Notes under the pieces: generated by a model
The model's input: the letters and a program-made list of their open reading frames with translations, nothing else
The model's database searches: none
Told to the model about the DNA's origin: nothing
In this document: piece by piece, positions 52,020 through 63,092 of the stretch
How the letters are laid out: each line of letters starts with the position of its first letter
How positions within the stretch are numbered: the first letter of the stretch is position 1
Translations under genes and position numbers: made by a program
Origin: Octopus sinensis
Lineage: Eukaryota
Direction: 5' to 3'
Assembly: GCF_006345805.1 (NCBI RefSeq)
Contig: NC_042997.1
Span: forward strand, 131,688,001 to 131,752,000
DNA: 64,000 nucleotides

Positions 52020-52805
52020 TTTCCTGTCGCAACTGACGTTCTCCTCCTTAAGTGTCCAGATTAATGCATGCAACTTTCCCTGCAACCATAGATGTAGCAA
52101 GATATTAAATAGGTATACGGTTTAAAATCCTATATACACGCCTACGCCCCTTAATGTAAAGCTCTACATCAATAAAAAAGAAACGCTCACAACCTGCCCT
52201 TAATGCACATGCAGAGATAAATTTAACTGTCCTCTTGGACAGGCATGCGATATTTCTTCCATTGTTTACGAAGCCAAGTATCCGCAAACTATGGTAATGA
52301 CTGGACAGAGACCAATCTTTATACTGAATCAATACGCAAAAATTGTAATGCAAGACAATATCCATATGTTAACTTCGAGACACTCCGCGAAGAAGTATGC
52401 GAAGACCCTCAGGTTTTAATCTCGAAACTTAAGGGCGAGAACGTCAGCTACGATATCAACTGGGAGATCCTTTCTAAGACCAAACCCTATATTAACGGGT
52501 CAAAACGATGTTCCGTATGCCCGCTTGAAAAACCGTATCTTTTAAAAATCTTAAGAACTGTGTGAATAACAGGAACGAGATTTTTCTTTATGTCCTCATT
52601 TAAAAAAAATACAACTCAGCGAAAATTAAGGATGAACCACCGGACACATCATAGACCATTCCTATGTTTGTTTGTGATTTTGAGTTTCGGAAGGCACTGG
52701 TTATATTTACTGTGGAGTGAAATATCTCCCATGAGCATCTCTCTGCCTTTTCCTTGATTGGTGTGCTCATTCAGAAGTCGATTGCATCGAACGTAAGAGA
52801 AATGG
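52020..52805 (+). mobile_element. Penelope-like element fragment (GIY-YIG endonuclease region plus 3' end)
   Basis: CTCRDKFNCPLGQACDISSIVYEAK and KLKGENVSYDINWEILSKTKPYINGSKRCSVCPLEK match the Cys-rich motifs flanking the PLE GIY-YIG domain; frameshifted. Confidence 0.75.
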
Positions 52806-52815
52806 CATAATAAGT

Positions 52816-53131
52816 GGATCTTTTCGCTTTGACCGGCAGATTTTTAAAATGATTTCTTTGTAAGTAAACACTTTAAAACTTCGTATACTGGTAGAATGTG
52901 TTACATAAAACATCTTTTTCTCTTGAGTTTCTTGAGAAAATTCTGTAGTTTGTAAGCTATTTGTTCTTTAATTTCTTGCATTTCGGGAATTTCAACAAAT
53001 CGCCGGAAATAATTGTTGTTGACAACGATACGGACGAATTGGATTCACCTTAATAGACGTCATTGATTGGTTGAAATTGCCGAAATGCAAGAAATTATTT
53101 TAAAAATCTGCCGGTCAATGCGACAAGATCC
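52816..53131. mobile_element. MITE with ~35 bp TIRs and internal inverted repeats
   Basis: ggatcttttcgctttgaccggcagatttttaaaa / ttttaaaaatctgccggtcaatgcgacaagatcc. Confidence 0.75.
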
Positions 53132-53557
53132 TAATAAGTTAATATTTCGGCTAAGACGCCCTGGTATTGTGTGTGTATGTGTGCATGTGTATGTGCGTGT
53201 ATGTGTGTGTATGTGTGTACATGTGTGTGCATGAAACCATAAAAAGACGGATGGTATGAAATGTGAAAACATCTATTTAACTACCTGACATGGAAGCCGT
53301 TTCACAGCCTTCATCATATAATAGTAATTTCAGATTATTCTTCCCTTTTCTTTTTCTCTTTTACTTGTTTAAGTCATTTGGCTGCGGCCTTGAAGGGTTT
53401 TATTCGAATGAATCATTCAGGGTCTTTTCTTAAGCCTAGTACTCATTCTATCAGTCTATTTTGCAGAATTGCTAAGGTACGGTGACATAAACACACCAAC
53501 ACCGGTTGTCATGCGGTGATAGGGGTCAAACATAGACACAACCACACAAATCATCAT

Positions 53558-53900
53558 CATCATCATCATCATCGGTTAGCGTCCGCTTTCCATGCTAGCA
53601 TGGATTGGACGGTTCAACTGGGGTCTGTGAAGCCAGAAGGCTGCATCAGGCCCAGTCTGATCTGGCAATGTTTCTACGGCTGGATGCCCTTCCTAACGCC
53701 AACCACTCCGTGAGTGTAGTGGGTGCTTTTTACGTGCCACCTGCACAGGTGCCAGACGGAGCTGGCAAACGGCCACGGACGGATGGTGCTTTTTACGTGC
53801 CACCGTCACGGGGGCAAGGCAAGGCTGGCAACGGCCATGATCGGATGGTGCTTTTTACGTGCCACCGGCACGGGGGCCAGGCGAGACAAAAGTGTCATAC
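53558..53900 (-). mobile_element. SINE family C with RTE-like 3' end ((GAT)n tail) and internal ~55 bp tandem units
   Basis: ggcgttaggaagggcatccagc...gatgatgat on the element strand. Other copies at about 5375-5745(+), 8700-9115(-), 14170-14406(+), 25460-25680(-), 29625-29900(-), 30385-30610(-) and 34794-34941(+). Confidence 0.85.
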
Positions 53901-54769
53901 CATGAAATAAGATAAAGAAATTCGAAAGTATCTACACTCGTTGAATATTTTATTTACTTATACTGTCATCTACATCTAATTCATATCTATCTTTGAGCAA
54001 AATTTGAATCCGGGGACACTCTGATGTTAGAAACAATTCATTTTTATAGCGTAGAGGATATATGGCATAACAAGTGACATTTCCTTGCTGCTTTGAGGTG
54101 ATTCTTCCTTAAGGTGTTTCTTCAAGTGTATAAAAACTTATTTGCTTAATTGCACGAGTGTTGCTTTAATGCTATAATGCAAAACTTTGTGTTCCTAAAA
54201 TTATGCTAACAGACAATTCCATACGAAAGAGCATAACGACCAGATGGTTAAATTTCCCGTATTCTTTTTAAGCTTTGCATGGCAATTATACTATATAAAT
54301 GATGGGAAAAACCTTTGAGCAATGCTATTTAGAAATTAAACAACATATGTAGTATGATATCAATGAATTAAAACAAATAGAAAAGATACTACATCACCTT
54401 ACATAGGTTGTTTACTGATTCAATAATATTTCGAGAAAGATTGCCCTTTGAAAATAGAAGAAAACTAATGATCAAAACTGCAGAGATATGTGTTGTTACC
54501 GAAATAGTATCGATTGGTACAAGTTATGTAAGGTAATCAGTATTTTATTTATAATGTACCAAATTTGCATCTTTCCAGCTCAGCATTCTCTTTCTTTCTG
54601 TATTGTGCATCTTCTCTTATAGTTTTTGTTACTTTGAATACCGCCAAGTCTGGATATATATACGCAGCTGTATATGTAGTGTGATAACATTTTGTATAAT
54701 GCATTCAGTATATGAAAAATAATTGCGAGTAGATTCCCAATCGTATACACATACATTCACACACACGCA

Positions 54770-54794
54770 CACACACGCACACACACACACACAC

Positions 54795-54840
<46 letters not shown>

Positions 54841-54941
54841 TTATATATATATATACATACACACATATATCTATATCTATGTATGTATATAGTTATATAG
54901 ATATAAATATACATATATATATATTAATATATATATATATA

Positions 54942-54991
<50 letters not shown>

Positions 54992-55180
54992 TACATATAT
55001 ATACACTCTATATATGCAATTTTTTGTATACATATATATATATATATATGTATGTATGCAAAAAATTGCATACTCACACATATCTGTGTGTGTAGCTTAA
55101 AAGGTCATATGTCAATTACCGGCCTTTCTTCCGTATAAATAACATATTTCACGCACTCTCTTACTCTGTCAGTTTATCTC

Positions 55181-55225
<45 letters not shown>
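54770..55225. repeat. (CA)n/(TA)n and (TCTA)n microsatellite cluster
   Basis: Direct reading. Confidence 0.9.
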
Positions 55226-55243
<18 letters not shown>

Positions 55244-57009
55244 CTTTGTCTCTCTTTCTCTCTGTTTTCCCCTCTGCCCACCTTTCACTCACTCTATCAT
55301 TAGCTGCTGCGTGAACATAACTCGCTAAACTGTAGCGTTAGCAAACAACAGATAAAACTGGTTTCATGTTAAAAGTGAAATGGCAAGTTCTAGAGTTGCG
55401 TTCCGTGAACGGATCTCAGGCAAAAATAGTAAACCACTACAATGAAGAAAGATGCTATTTTCTCTAATCTTATTAAGGTACACGCAAGCAGTGCACCAAT
55501 ATCATCTTAACGTTGACCTAAGAACCTATTAGAATATGTAATTGTCGATCTTTCACTATCATTATATTGTCATAATGCCATATGATATCAAAGTATGGTA
55601 TTTGAACTCATCACCTCGATTCTTCTAAAAGAAGAATGTTGATAAGTAAAAGAATTGATATGGTTCGTATTCTGTCTGGACTCGTGCGATATCCTTAAAG
55701 CTATGAACTTTTCAACCCCACTTCGTATATATATTTCTTTACTACCCACAAGGGGTTAAACACAGAGAGGACAAACAAGGACAGACAAACGGATAAAATC
55801 GATTACATCGACCGCAGTGCGTAACTGGTACTTAATTTATCGACGCCGAAAGGATGAAAGGCAAAGTCTACCTCGGCGGAATTTGAACTCAGAACGCAGC
55901 GGCGGACGAAATACCGCAAAGCATTTCGTCCGGCGTGCTAACGTTCCTGCCAGCTCGCCGCCTTTCTCACGTTGGATATAATTTTTTTTTTTTATCCTTA
56001 CGCTATTTGTGTATTTAGCAAAATGAAAAGAGTTCAAATGATCACAGTTATAATCGTTTCATGTGTGGAATTAAGTAAAGAACGTTGGTAACGCATAGTA
56101 ATATTTTAAATTCTTACATACAGAACTGACGCATCTTTTTTACCACCCTAATAAGAATTTGCAAATTTCAATATCGACCTTCTAAATTCTAAGGAACATT
56201 TTCACCTTTCAATTTGAAAATGTGTTCAACAAGAGCAGTACAGCTCTTTAGGGCATTTTTACAAAATGGATGATAATGTGTGCAATATCTTTAATTTTAC
56301 AGGTGGAACCAATGTAGAATTTGGAATTATGGGTTTTAACAATACATTTATAAACTCTATTATTACGTTTGCAATGGCCATTGAGTAGAACATTTTCTCT
56401 TTCCTTACACTTAGATTCATTTTCATAGGGATATAATGTGAAATAATTCGTAGAGAGATGTACAATATCGTTTTATTAGTAATATTTTTTCTTCCCCATT
56501 ACAATATAATCAATATGATTAAACATTTATGCTGCACGTATTATTTTGATAATTTTAGCACTATTCTCAATATTGTTAACATTATCATTATTAAGGGCAG
56601 CGAGCTTGCAGAATCGTGACCACAAAAGGCAAAATGGTTAACGGCATTTCGTCCATCTTTGTTCTGAGTTTAAATGCTACCGAGGTTGACTTCATCTTTC
56701 AATCTTTCAGAGTCGATAAAACAAGTAGCTGCTGAGCCCTAGTGCTGCTGTAATCGATTTACCTTCTCCCCTGAAATTGTTGGCCTTCTGCCAAAATTTA
56801 ATACCGATATTATCATTATTGCTGCATTCATCTTCATCTCTGTCGTTTATTTTACCGGGCGAAAATACACACCAACTCATCTTATCTTCCAGAAACAGTT
56901 GAATTACTTGGATTATCGGTACCAGTCGACTGTATTATAACGAATCACATTTAGTTCGTAATGATATGTCAGTATTCTTTTGTGTCGGGAGACAATGGAG
57001 TTGCGCTTA

Positions 57010-57372
57010 AACTAATCCAGTCTGGCTTTTACATTCCATGTCCTTTCCAGTTTCCTCTCCAGTATTGCACAGGCCTGTGGTAGATATAAGAAAATCCTGG
57101 GTAGCCCAATCGTCAGGATTCCCCTCTCGACCCTGCTGACGTAGTCCAAAGGAGTGCAGAGCATTACATTTGGCACCAGCTTGGTTGCAGGAGCTGCCGG
57201 AAGAGTGTCGAGTCGAACACTAAACCGCCTACGGGGCTCCACTCCGGATTTCTTTGAAGGTTGTCTCCTTTCCGTAACCCTGACCCTGGTTAGGGGCCCA
57301 CACCGGATACTGTTAGCCGGAGCCAGCTGAGCCCGGGTCTCGTGTCAGGCAGGCTCGTCACACCCTGAAGTA
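57010..57372. mobile_element. Unclassified GC-rich interspersed repeat, probably a retroposon UTR fragment
   Basis: Sharp GC/CpG-rich block in AT-rich flanks with no recognisable protein motif. Confidence 0.35.
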
Positions 57373-58522
57373 ATGAAGAAAATCACTACCTACAACCTAA
57401 GTTCGTAATGAGTAGAAAGCCTAGAATCTATATAGAGTTCTGCATAAAGGAAATTGAGCATTTTTAGCTTGTGTATGTATGTGTGTGTGCGCGAGTGTGC
57501 CTGCATATTATCATGCGAGTGCGTGTTAGTGTATATGTGTTTATATTCGTGATCAACACTCCGGCTGTCATATTTGAACTGCTATCCTGACCAAATGCAA
57601 TTCTTACGTATCGTGAGAACGTTGCGGCTAGCTCTAATATTCTTTTAGTTATTGGAATATTATACGAATACAGTTCCACATAGCAAATACTAAAAGTGTT
57701 TCTCTCTTCTGCGCACCCTAATATGTAGCATTAGCATTTTGTCATTAGGTGTTGGAAGGTACCCACAGGACTTCGAACAGGTTCATGTAAGTATACGTGT
57801 GAATGTATATATATATAATTACATCAAGGATATCAAACCCTCTTAAAGGGATGTTACCATCAAATTTCCCAGGTTATATACAGTGTTTCAGTGAAAACTC
57901 AAAGAAATCAGTTCCATATAGATGGATTTGTGTGTATAAATATTCTTGTATGAGAAAAAAAGAAAATAGAGATATTAATATACAAACAAATTTATTTGAA
58001 CAAATTCCATTTAGTATAACATCAAATTCTTTACACCTACAGCTGTTTTCATACCCAATTAATTCAATTTTAGGAATAAACTTAAATTTAAATAATTTAA
58101 ATTTTCATATCGAATATCATAGATTCGGTATTTCGTCAGGGGAAAGAATTTGTTCGAAAGGATCTACATTCCAAAGTGTTGGCTGGCCCTTGATAGGCTC
58201 AGATATGTGTATTTTAGCAGCACATGTATTTTAAAAAACCGTTACGCTTTATATATTTATATATAAATATATATTTATATATTTGTGCGTGCGTGTTAAA
58301 GTGTTGAAAGCTCGAAATGATGACGAGTTAAAACTGCTCACTAAATACCATGGTACAATATTACGTCATCGAAATTACTGCACAGGAATGAGAAAAGAAA
58401 TGAACGATCAAACTGAGGTAAACACAATTACAATATCAATAGGTATCTTAATAAATATCGTATTAATATTAAGGTATAAATTAAATATTTAATATGAATA
58501 TAAGGATTTATGTACAAGTAAC

Positions 58523-58733
58523 AGGCGGCGAGCTGGCAGAAACGTTAGCACGCCGGGCGAAATGCGTAGCCGTATTTCGTCAGCCGTTACGTTCTGAGTT
58601 CAAATTCCGCCGAGGTCGACTTTGCCTTTCATCTTTTCGGGGTCGATCAATTAAGTACCAGTTACGCACTGGGATCGATGTAATCGATTTAATCCCAGTG
58701 TCTGTCCTTGTTTGTCTTCTCTGTGTTTAGCCC
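58523..58733 (+). mobile_element. tRNA-derived SINE family B (ggcggcgagctggcagaa head, gagttcaaattcc B box, cctttcatcctttcggggtcgataa central domain)
   Basis: Young, CpG-intact copy. More than 20 further copies, e.g. 766-990(+), 2990-3122, 8055-8700 cluster, 12685-13090, 14780-15198(-), 17240-17657(-), 19517-19750(+), 20850-21145, 55735-55963(-), 56595-56800(+), 63105-64000. Confidence 0.9.
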
Positions 58734-58830
58734 GTAAAAAACTTTCTCACTTCCCGAGCGTTAAACTAATACAACTGCTTGTTGTTAGCACACCAGTCTT
58801 CTTCTTTTATTTTTATTTTGTAAATTCTCA

Positions 58831-58832
<2 letters not shown>
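58734..58832 (+). mobile_element. 5'-truncated copy of the 4485-4682 family followed by (TA)n
   Basis: actttctcacttcccgagcgttaaac...tttgtaaattctca matches 4588-4675. Confidence 0.7.
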
Positions 58833-58912
<80 letters not shown>

Positions 58913-59499
58913 GCATACATACATATATATATATATATACATACATATACACATATATATGTGTGTGTGCATGTGTGTATGTATGTATGAATGTATGTAT
59001 GTATGAATGTATATATGTATGTGTGTATTGGGAGATAAAGACAGAGCTACATTTATATGGCCTTTCGAGGTAAACGTCGAAGACTGCGATGTGAAATCAT
59101 CAAAAGAATACTTGCAGTTATCTCCAAATTCTATGGACAGTCATGCGCAGGGGCACATACTACACGTTAAACGTGTGGAAGATTGTACATATTTTTACAG
59201 TTACAGTATACCATCTAGCTCATTTGTTTCTGGTTTAATAAATTTCATTTTCCAAAAACGATCTGGATACACTTTGTTAGACAAACAAGCATTCTAATAA
59301 CCCTACACATAATCTAGACTTATAGTTTTGTTGCCTTATCAGTTAATTCTTCACTAGTGCGTGATAAATATTTATTGTCCCTTTAATCTTAAATGTTTGT
59401 GTTATCGTCTGCTGGTCAATCAATTTCTAGTACTGTAAACACTTTTTGTCTCACGGATCATTATACATTATTTGTTGGAATTTTCCCGATGTATTTCCT

Positions 59500-60010
59500 A
59501 TGTTTTCACCGACTTCACCATCTCTGTACGTTTATATTTATTGATATTCCTAATTATACTCTCCAACAATTGTTTTGAATAGGGCTATTGGCATATCCGT
59601 ATAACTTATAAGCAGTTACCATCGTGATGACATTTCCAGAGAACTGCTTATGATGTGGATCATATCTTCAGTATTAATCCAGAGTGCACACAGGCTATTA
59701 CAATTAGTTTTTGTTTGCTTTTTACATAGATCCCTATTTTATTCTGCATCACATGTTGTAGATATTTCCTGTTGCGGGATTGCAAACGTGAGGTTAATTT
59801 ATGGGCCGTTTGACCAAAACCGACATTAGTTACCTTGTCTTACCCCGCTTTTAATGCATATCTTCTGAATTTATATTATGAAAATTTGTTGGGTGTCTTC
59901 CTCTGATCATCAGCGAGAGAATACATTCCAAGTCGGCGCTTTCTACTTCTCATGAAACTGTGTTCATGACATACACAGAGTTAAGTCATCATACATGGAT
60001 TCACGTCTGC
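59500..60010 (-). mobile_element. Decayed RTE-like endonuclease-region fragment
   Basis: The minus strand gives a frameshifted VMNT..RSRKRR...DDQRKTPNKF pattern resembling the NT.F...TW.SP..T..QID motif of RTE APE domains. Confidence 0.35.
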
Positions 60011-60171
60011 CAGAGGTGTTCAATAAAGTATGGCGGGGAATTCAGAGGCTTTTAAGAATAAAATTAGACATATGATGTTGTGCTTTATTTTCAGTAAAAA
60101 TGGTTATCATCATCAGTCATGTAGGATTTCTTCGAGTTACTTACTAGATTCTGAGTATTATTCACGTCCGT

Positions 60172-60479
60172 GAAGGCGCATCGCTCAGTGGTTAGAGCGT
60201 CGATCTTACGATCGTGAGATTGTGAGTTCGAATCCCGGCTGCGTGTTGTGTTCTTGAGCAAGACACTTCATTTCACGTTGCTCCAGTTCACTCAGCTGTA
60301 GAAATGAGTTGCAATGTCACTGGTGCCAAGCTGTACCGGCCTTTACCTTTCCCTTGGATAACGCTGGTGGCGTGTAGAGGGGTGGCTGGTATGCATGGGT
60401 AACTGCTGGTCCTCCATAAACAACCTTGCCCGGACTTGTGCCTAGGAGGGTAACTTTCTAGGTGCAATCCCCAAAAAAC
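60172..60479 (+). mobile_element. tRNA-derived SINE family D with an 11 bp TSD (ttcacgtccgt)
   Basis: A box tcagtggttaga, B box gttcgaatcc. The TSD is at 60161-60171 and 60480-60490. Confidence 0.9.
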
Positions 60480-60539
60480 TTCACGTCCGTAATTCATCTA
60501 GCGTTCAATCGAATAAACCAAATCTTGGTATGAATACTA

Positions 60540-60845
60540 GGAGCACTCAGTCGGTTACGACGACGAGGGTAACGGCTGATACGATCAACGGAACAGCCTG
60601 CACGTAAAATTAACGTGAAAGTGACTGAGCAATCCACAGAAATGCGTACCCCTAACGTAGTTCTCAGGGCAATTCAGCGTGACACAAAGTGTGACAAGGC
60701 CGGCCCTTTGAAATACAGGTGCAACTCATTTTTGCCAGCTGAGTGGACTGGAGCAGCGTGAAATAAAGTGTCTCGCTCAAGGACACAACGCGTCGCCGGG
60801 AATCGAACTCATGAATGTCCTAGCCACTAAGCCACGCATCTTCAC
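60540..60845 (-). mobile_element. SINE family D-related, different 3' module
   Basis: Shares the ttgagcRagacactt.atttcacg.tgctccagt.cactcagctg core with 60172-60479. Confidence 0.85.
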
Positions 60846-61101
60846 ATGGTATGCGTACTACTACAACAGACTTGAATGGTATGAGCACTACTACAACCGG
60901 CTTAAATGACCTTCTCGTTTGCAGTGTCAAAAAAAGAACTCCGACTACTATATTTATATCTGACCTACTTATGTGTTTCGTGGCGGAGCGAGCATGCATA
61001 TCACATTCAAATGATATGTGTGTACATAATTATATTTTTATGCATGAGTATAATAATAATGGTGTATGTCTATATTCATGTATCGATCTTTCTCTTTGCA
61101 G

Positions 61102-61196
61102 AAGCTATGGCACTTCATCCCGCTTCGATAACGCAACGAATACGATTAAAGCGTTGCTTAAGGGATATGATATACGACTTAGACCCCAATTTGGAG
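61102..61196 (+). CDS. LCCH3: Exon of a Cys-loop ligand-gated anion channel, GABA-A beta/LCCH3-like: (R)SYGTSSRFDNATNTIKALLKGYDIRLRPQFG(G)
   Basis: Acceptor tctctttgcAG and donor GTaaga; 95 bp, phase 2 to phase 1. GYDIRLRPxFGG is the hallmark of Drosophila LCCH3 (NVTQTISNILQGYDIRLRPNFGG) and vertebrate GABRB (LLKGYDIRLRPDFGG). The NAT sequon sits at the LCCH3 NVT position. Confidence 0.9.
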
Positions 61197-61370
61197 GTAA
61201 GAAAACTTTTAATTTTATTGCATCTAACATTCATATAACATTCACAAAATGTCTGGTGGTGTGTATTATATGTATGATATATATGTGTATGTGCATAAGA
61301 AGATTGTTTGTATGCCTTATGTCCGTGTGTACACGTGAGCGCACGTTTGTGTACGTGCGTGTTTAAATTC

Positions 61371-61536
61371 CTTCCTGAAGATTGCAGCGGCGTGAAACTG
61401 GATCGCAAGCCGAACTTTCACCTTCAATAAACAGAACTAATGTATGTATATGTGCATATATATATATATATATCTGTTTATTGAAGTGAAAGTTTCACTC
61501 GCGATCCAGTTTCACGCCGCTGCGATCTTCGGGCAA

Positions 61537-61537
<1 letters not shown>
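61371..61537. repeat. ~65 bp inverted repeat around a central (TA)n, with hammerhead-like arms
   Basis: Arms 61371-61435 and 61474-61537; core gaagatYgcagcggcgtgaaactggatcgc is shared. Confidence 0.7.
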
Positions 61538-61630
<93 letters not shown>

Positions 61631-61879
61631 GCACATATGCACGCACACACACATACACACACACACACAGACACACACACTCACACATATAGTTTTCTGG
61701 TTGGTGCCGAAGGGATAAAGATGATCGTAACAAGGATCCAGAAGGTGACCTCCGTGTAGCATTTTGATGAAGCTATAAAAAATACAGAGATGTGACAACG
61801 GATCATATTTTTTATTATTCCTAGAAGTTAATAATTGTGTTTTATCGAACCTTAATAACGATAATTGTGGCAAATGGAA

Positions 61880-62300
61880 CCATAACACTTACGTATTCTT
61901 ACTGTTCCACATACGAGTTATATCTGTAAAAATATGTGCCAGCTATCCACTCTCATTCTTTGCTCAAAAACCCTAGATTTTCCAGGTCGTCACTGAAATA
62001 TTTAATAATAGAACTAAGTGTACACAGGCTTATTGGTATGAATGTAAATTTATAACCAGGATACATGAGATGCAGTTTTCGAGCCAGTCTTTCATAATAA
62101 CTAATTTTTTTGTCGTTACTTTTGGAGGAGATGTTCACATCTACAGAGCAACTTACTTCTATAAGTGTACGCAATATTTTTCTCTTCTGATCCAAATAAC
62201 ATGTAAGGTTCCTTAAGTTTGCACTAGGTAGAAAATTTGATGGGGATCTTACTACAACATGCCTTAGGTTCGCATGTATTCCGTACAGATATGTTATTTA
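61880..62300 (-). mobile_element. Fragment of a restriction-like-endonuclease (RLE) LINE, R4/Dong- or NeSL-like C-terminus
   Basis: ORF 61953-62195 (DQKRKILRTLIEVSCSVDVNI...YERLARKLHLMYPGYKFTFIPISL...LENLGF) fits the PD-(D/E)xK RLE tail of early-branching LINEs. Confidence 0.65.
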
Positions 62301-62716
62301 AATTTACGATTGAATAATATTTTCTGGAGCTGACAATGTATGTGGTTATAGTAGTAACACCATGATTTAGTGGGAGGCAACAGGTCAATGATTACACGCT
62401 GCTGGTTACAGGTGTTATATCCTTCACAGTAGAGTGGCCTAATAGACATTTATATCCCAGAAAACATTCGAAACATCTAATTTTTGCAACATTCCCGAAT
62501 TATCAGCCGATTTACAATAAGATGGGTTTCTTTCAAACCATATTGTAAATTTCACCAGGAGTTTTATATAAAGCAACCGGAACAAAGTGAGAGCGTATAT
62601 AACAGCAGCAAAAAATCCCTTACAAGCACAGTAGAACTACTCTCAGGATGCTCAGCAAATATGTCTGTGTGCTTGTGTGTACGAATATGAAGTGTGTATA
62701 TAATAATTATATAATA

Positions 62717-62854
62717 GGAGTGGCTGTGTGGTAAGTAGCTTGCTAACCAACCATATGGTTCCAGGTTCAGTCCCACTGCAATAGCCCCGGGCCGACCAAT
62801 GCCTTGTGAGTGGATTTGGTAGACGGAAACTGAAAGAAGCCTGTCGTATATATG

Positions 62855-62887
<33 letters not shown>

Positions 62888-63092
62888 TTGTGTGTCTTTG
62901 TTTGTTCCCCTAGCATTGCTTGACAACCGATGCTGGTGTGTTTACGTCCCCGTCACTTAGCGGTTCGGCAAAAAGAGACCGATAGAATAAGTACTGGGCT
63001 TACAAAAAGAATAAGTCCTGTGGTCGAGTCGCTCGACTAAAGGCGGTGCTCCAGCATGGCCGCAGTCAAATGACTGAAACAAGTAAAAGAGT
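62717..63092 (+). mobile_element. tRNA-derived SINE family A (ggagtggctgtgtggtaag head, internal TA/GT microsatellite, ...gactgaaacaagtaaaagag tail)
   Basis: A-box and B-box-like head (ggttcagtccc). Other copies at about 6050-6452(-), 7648-8050(+), 10737-11140(-), 14434-14770(+), 19235-19520(+), 22035-22290(-), 24010-24435(+), 26770-26945(-), 31945-32280(+), 32720-33005(+), 40825-40910(-), 48455-48860, 53355-53545(-) and 63287-63675(+). Confidence 0.9.

Noticed and set aside
57010-57372. HDV-like or twister ribozyme in the GC-rich repeat (also 60540-60700)
   Set aside because: I could not build the required nested pairings or find the twister core by eye. A covariance-model search would be needed.
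59895-59925. CTGATGA on the minus strand as a hammerhead
   Set aside because: There is no stem II or correctly spaced GAAA.
60172-60245. tRNA gene
   Set aside because: The A/B boxes are a SINE head. It continues into the SINE core, has a TSD, and has no proper acceptor stem. The same applies at 50478.
60851-61101. N-terminal part of the 171 aa ORF as coding sequence
   Set aside because: It starts in a local 30 bp tandem duplication and reads through intronic sequence. Only 61102-61196 has splice signals and homology.
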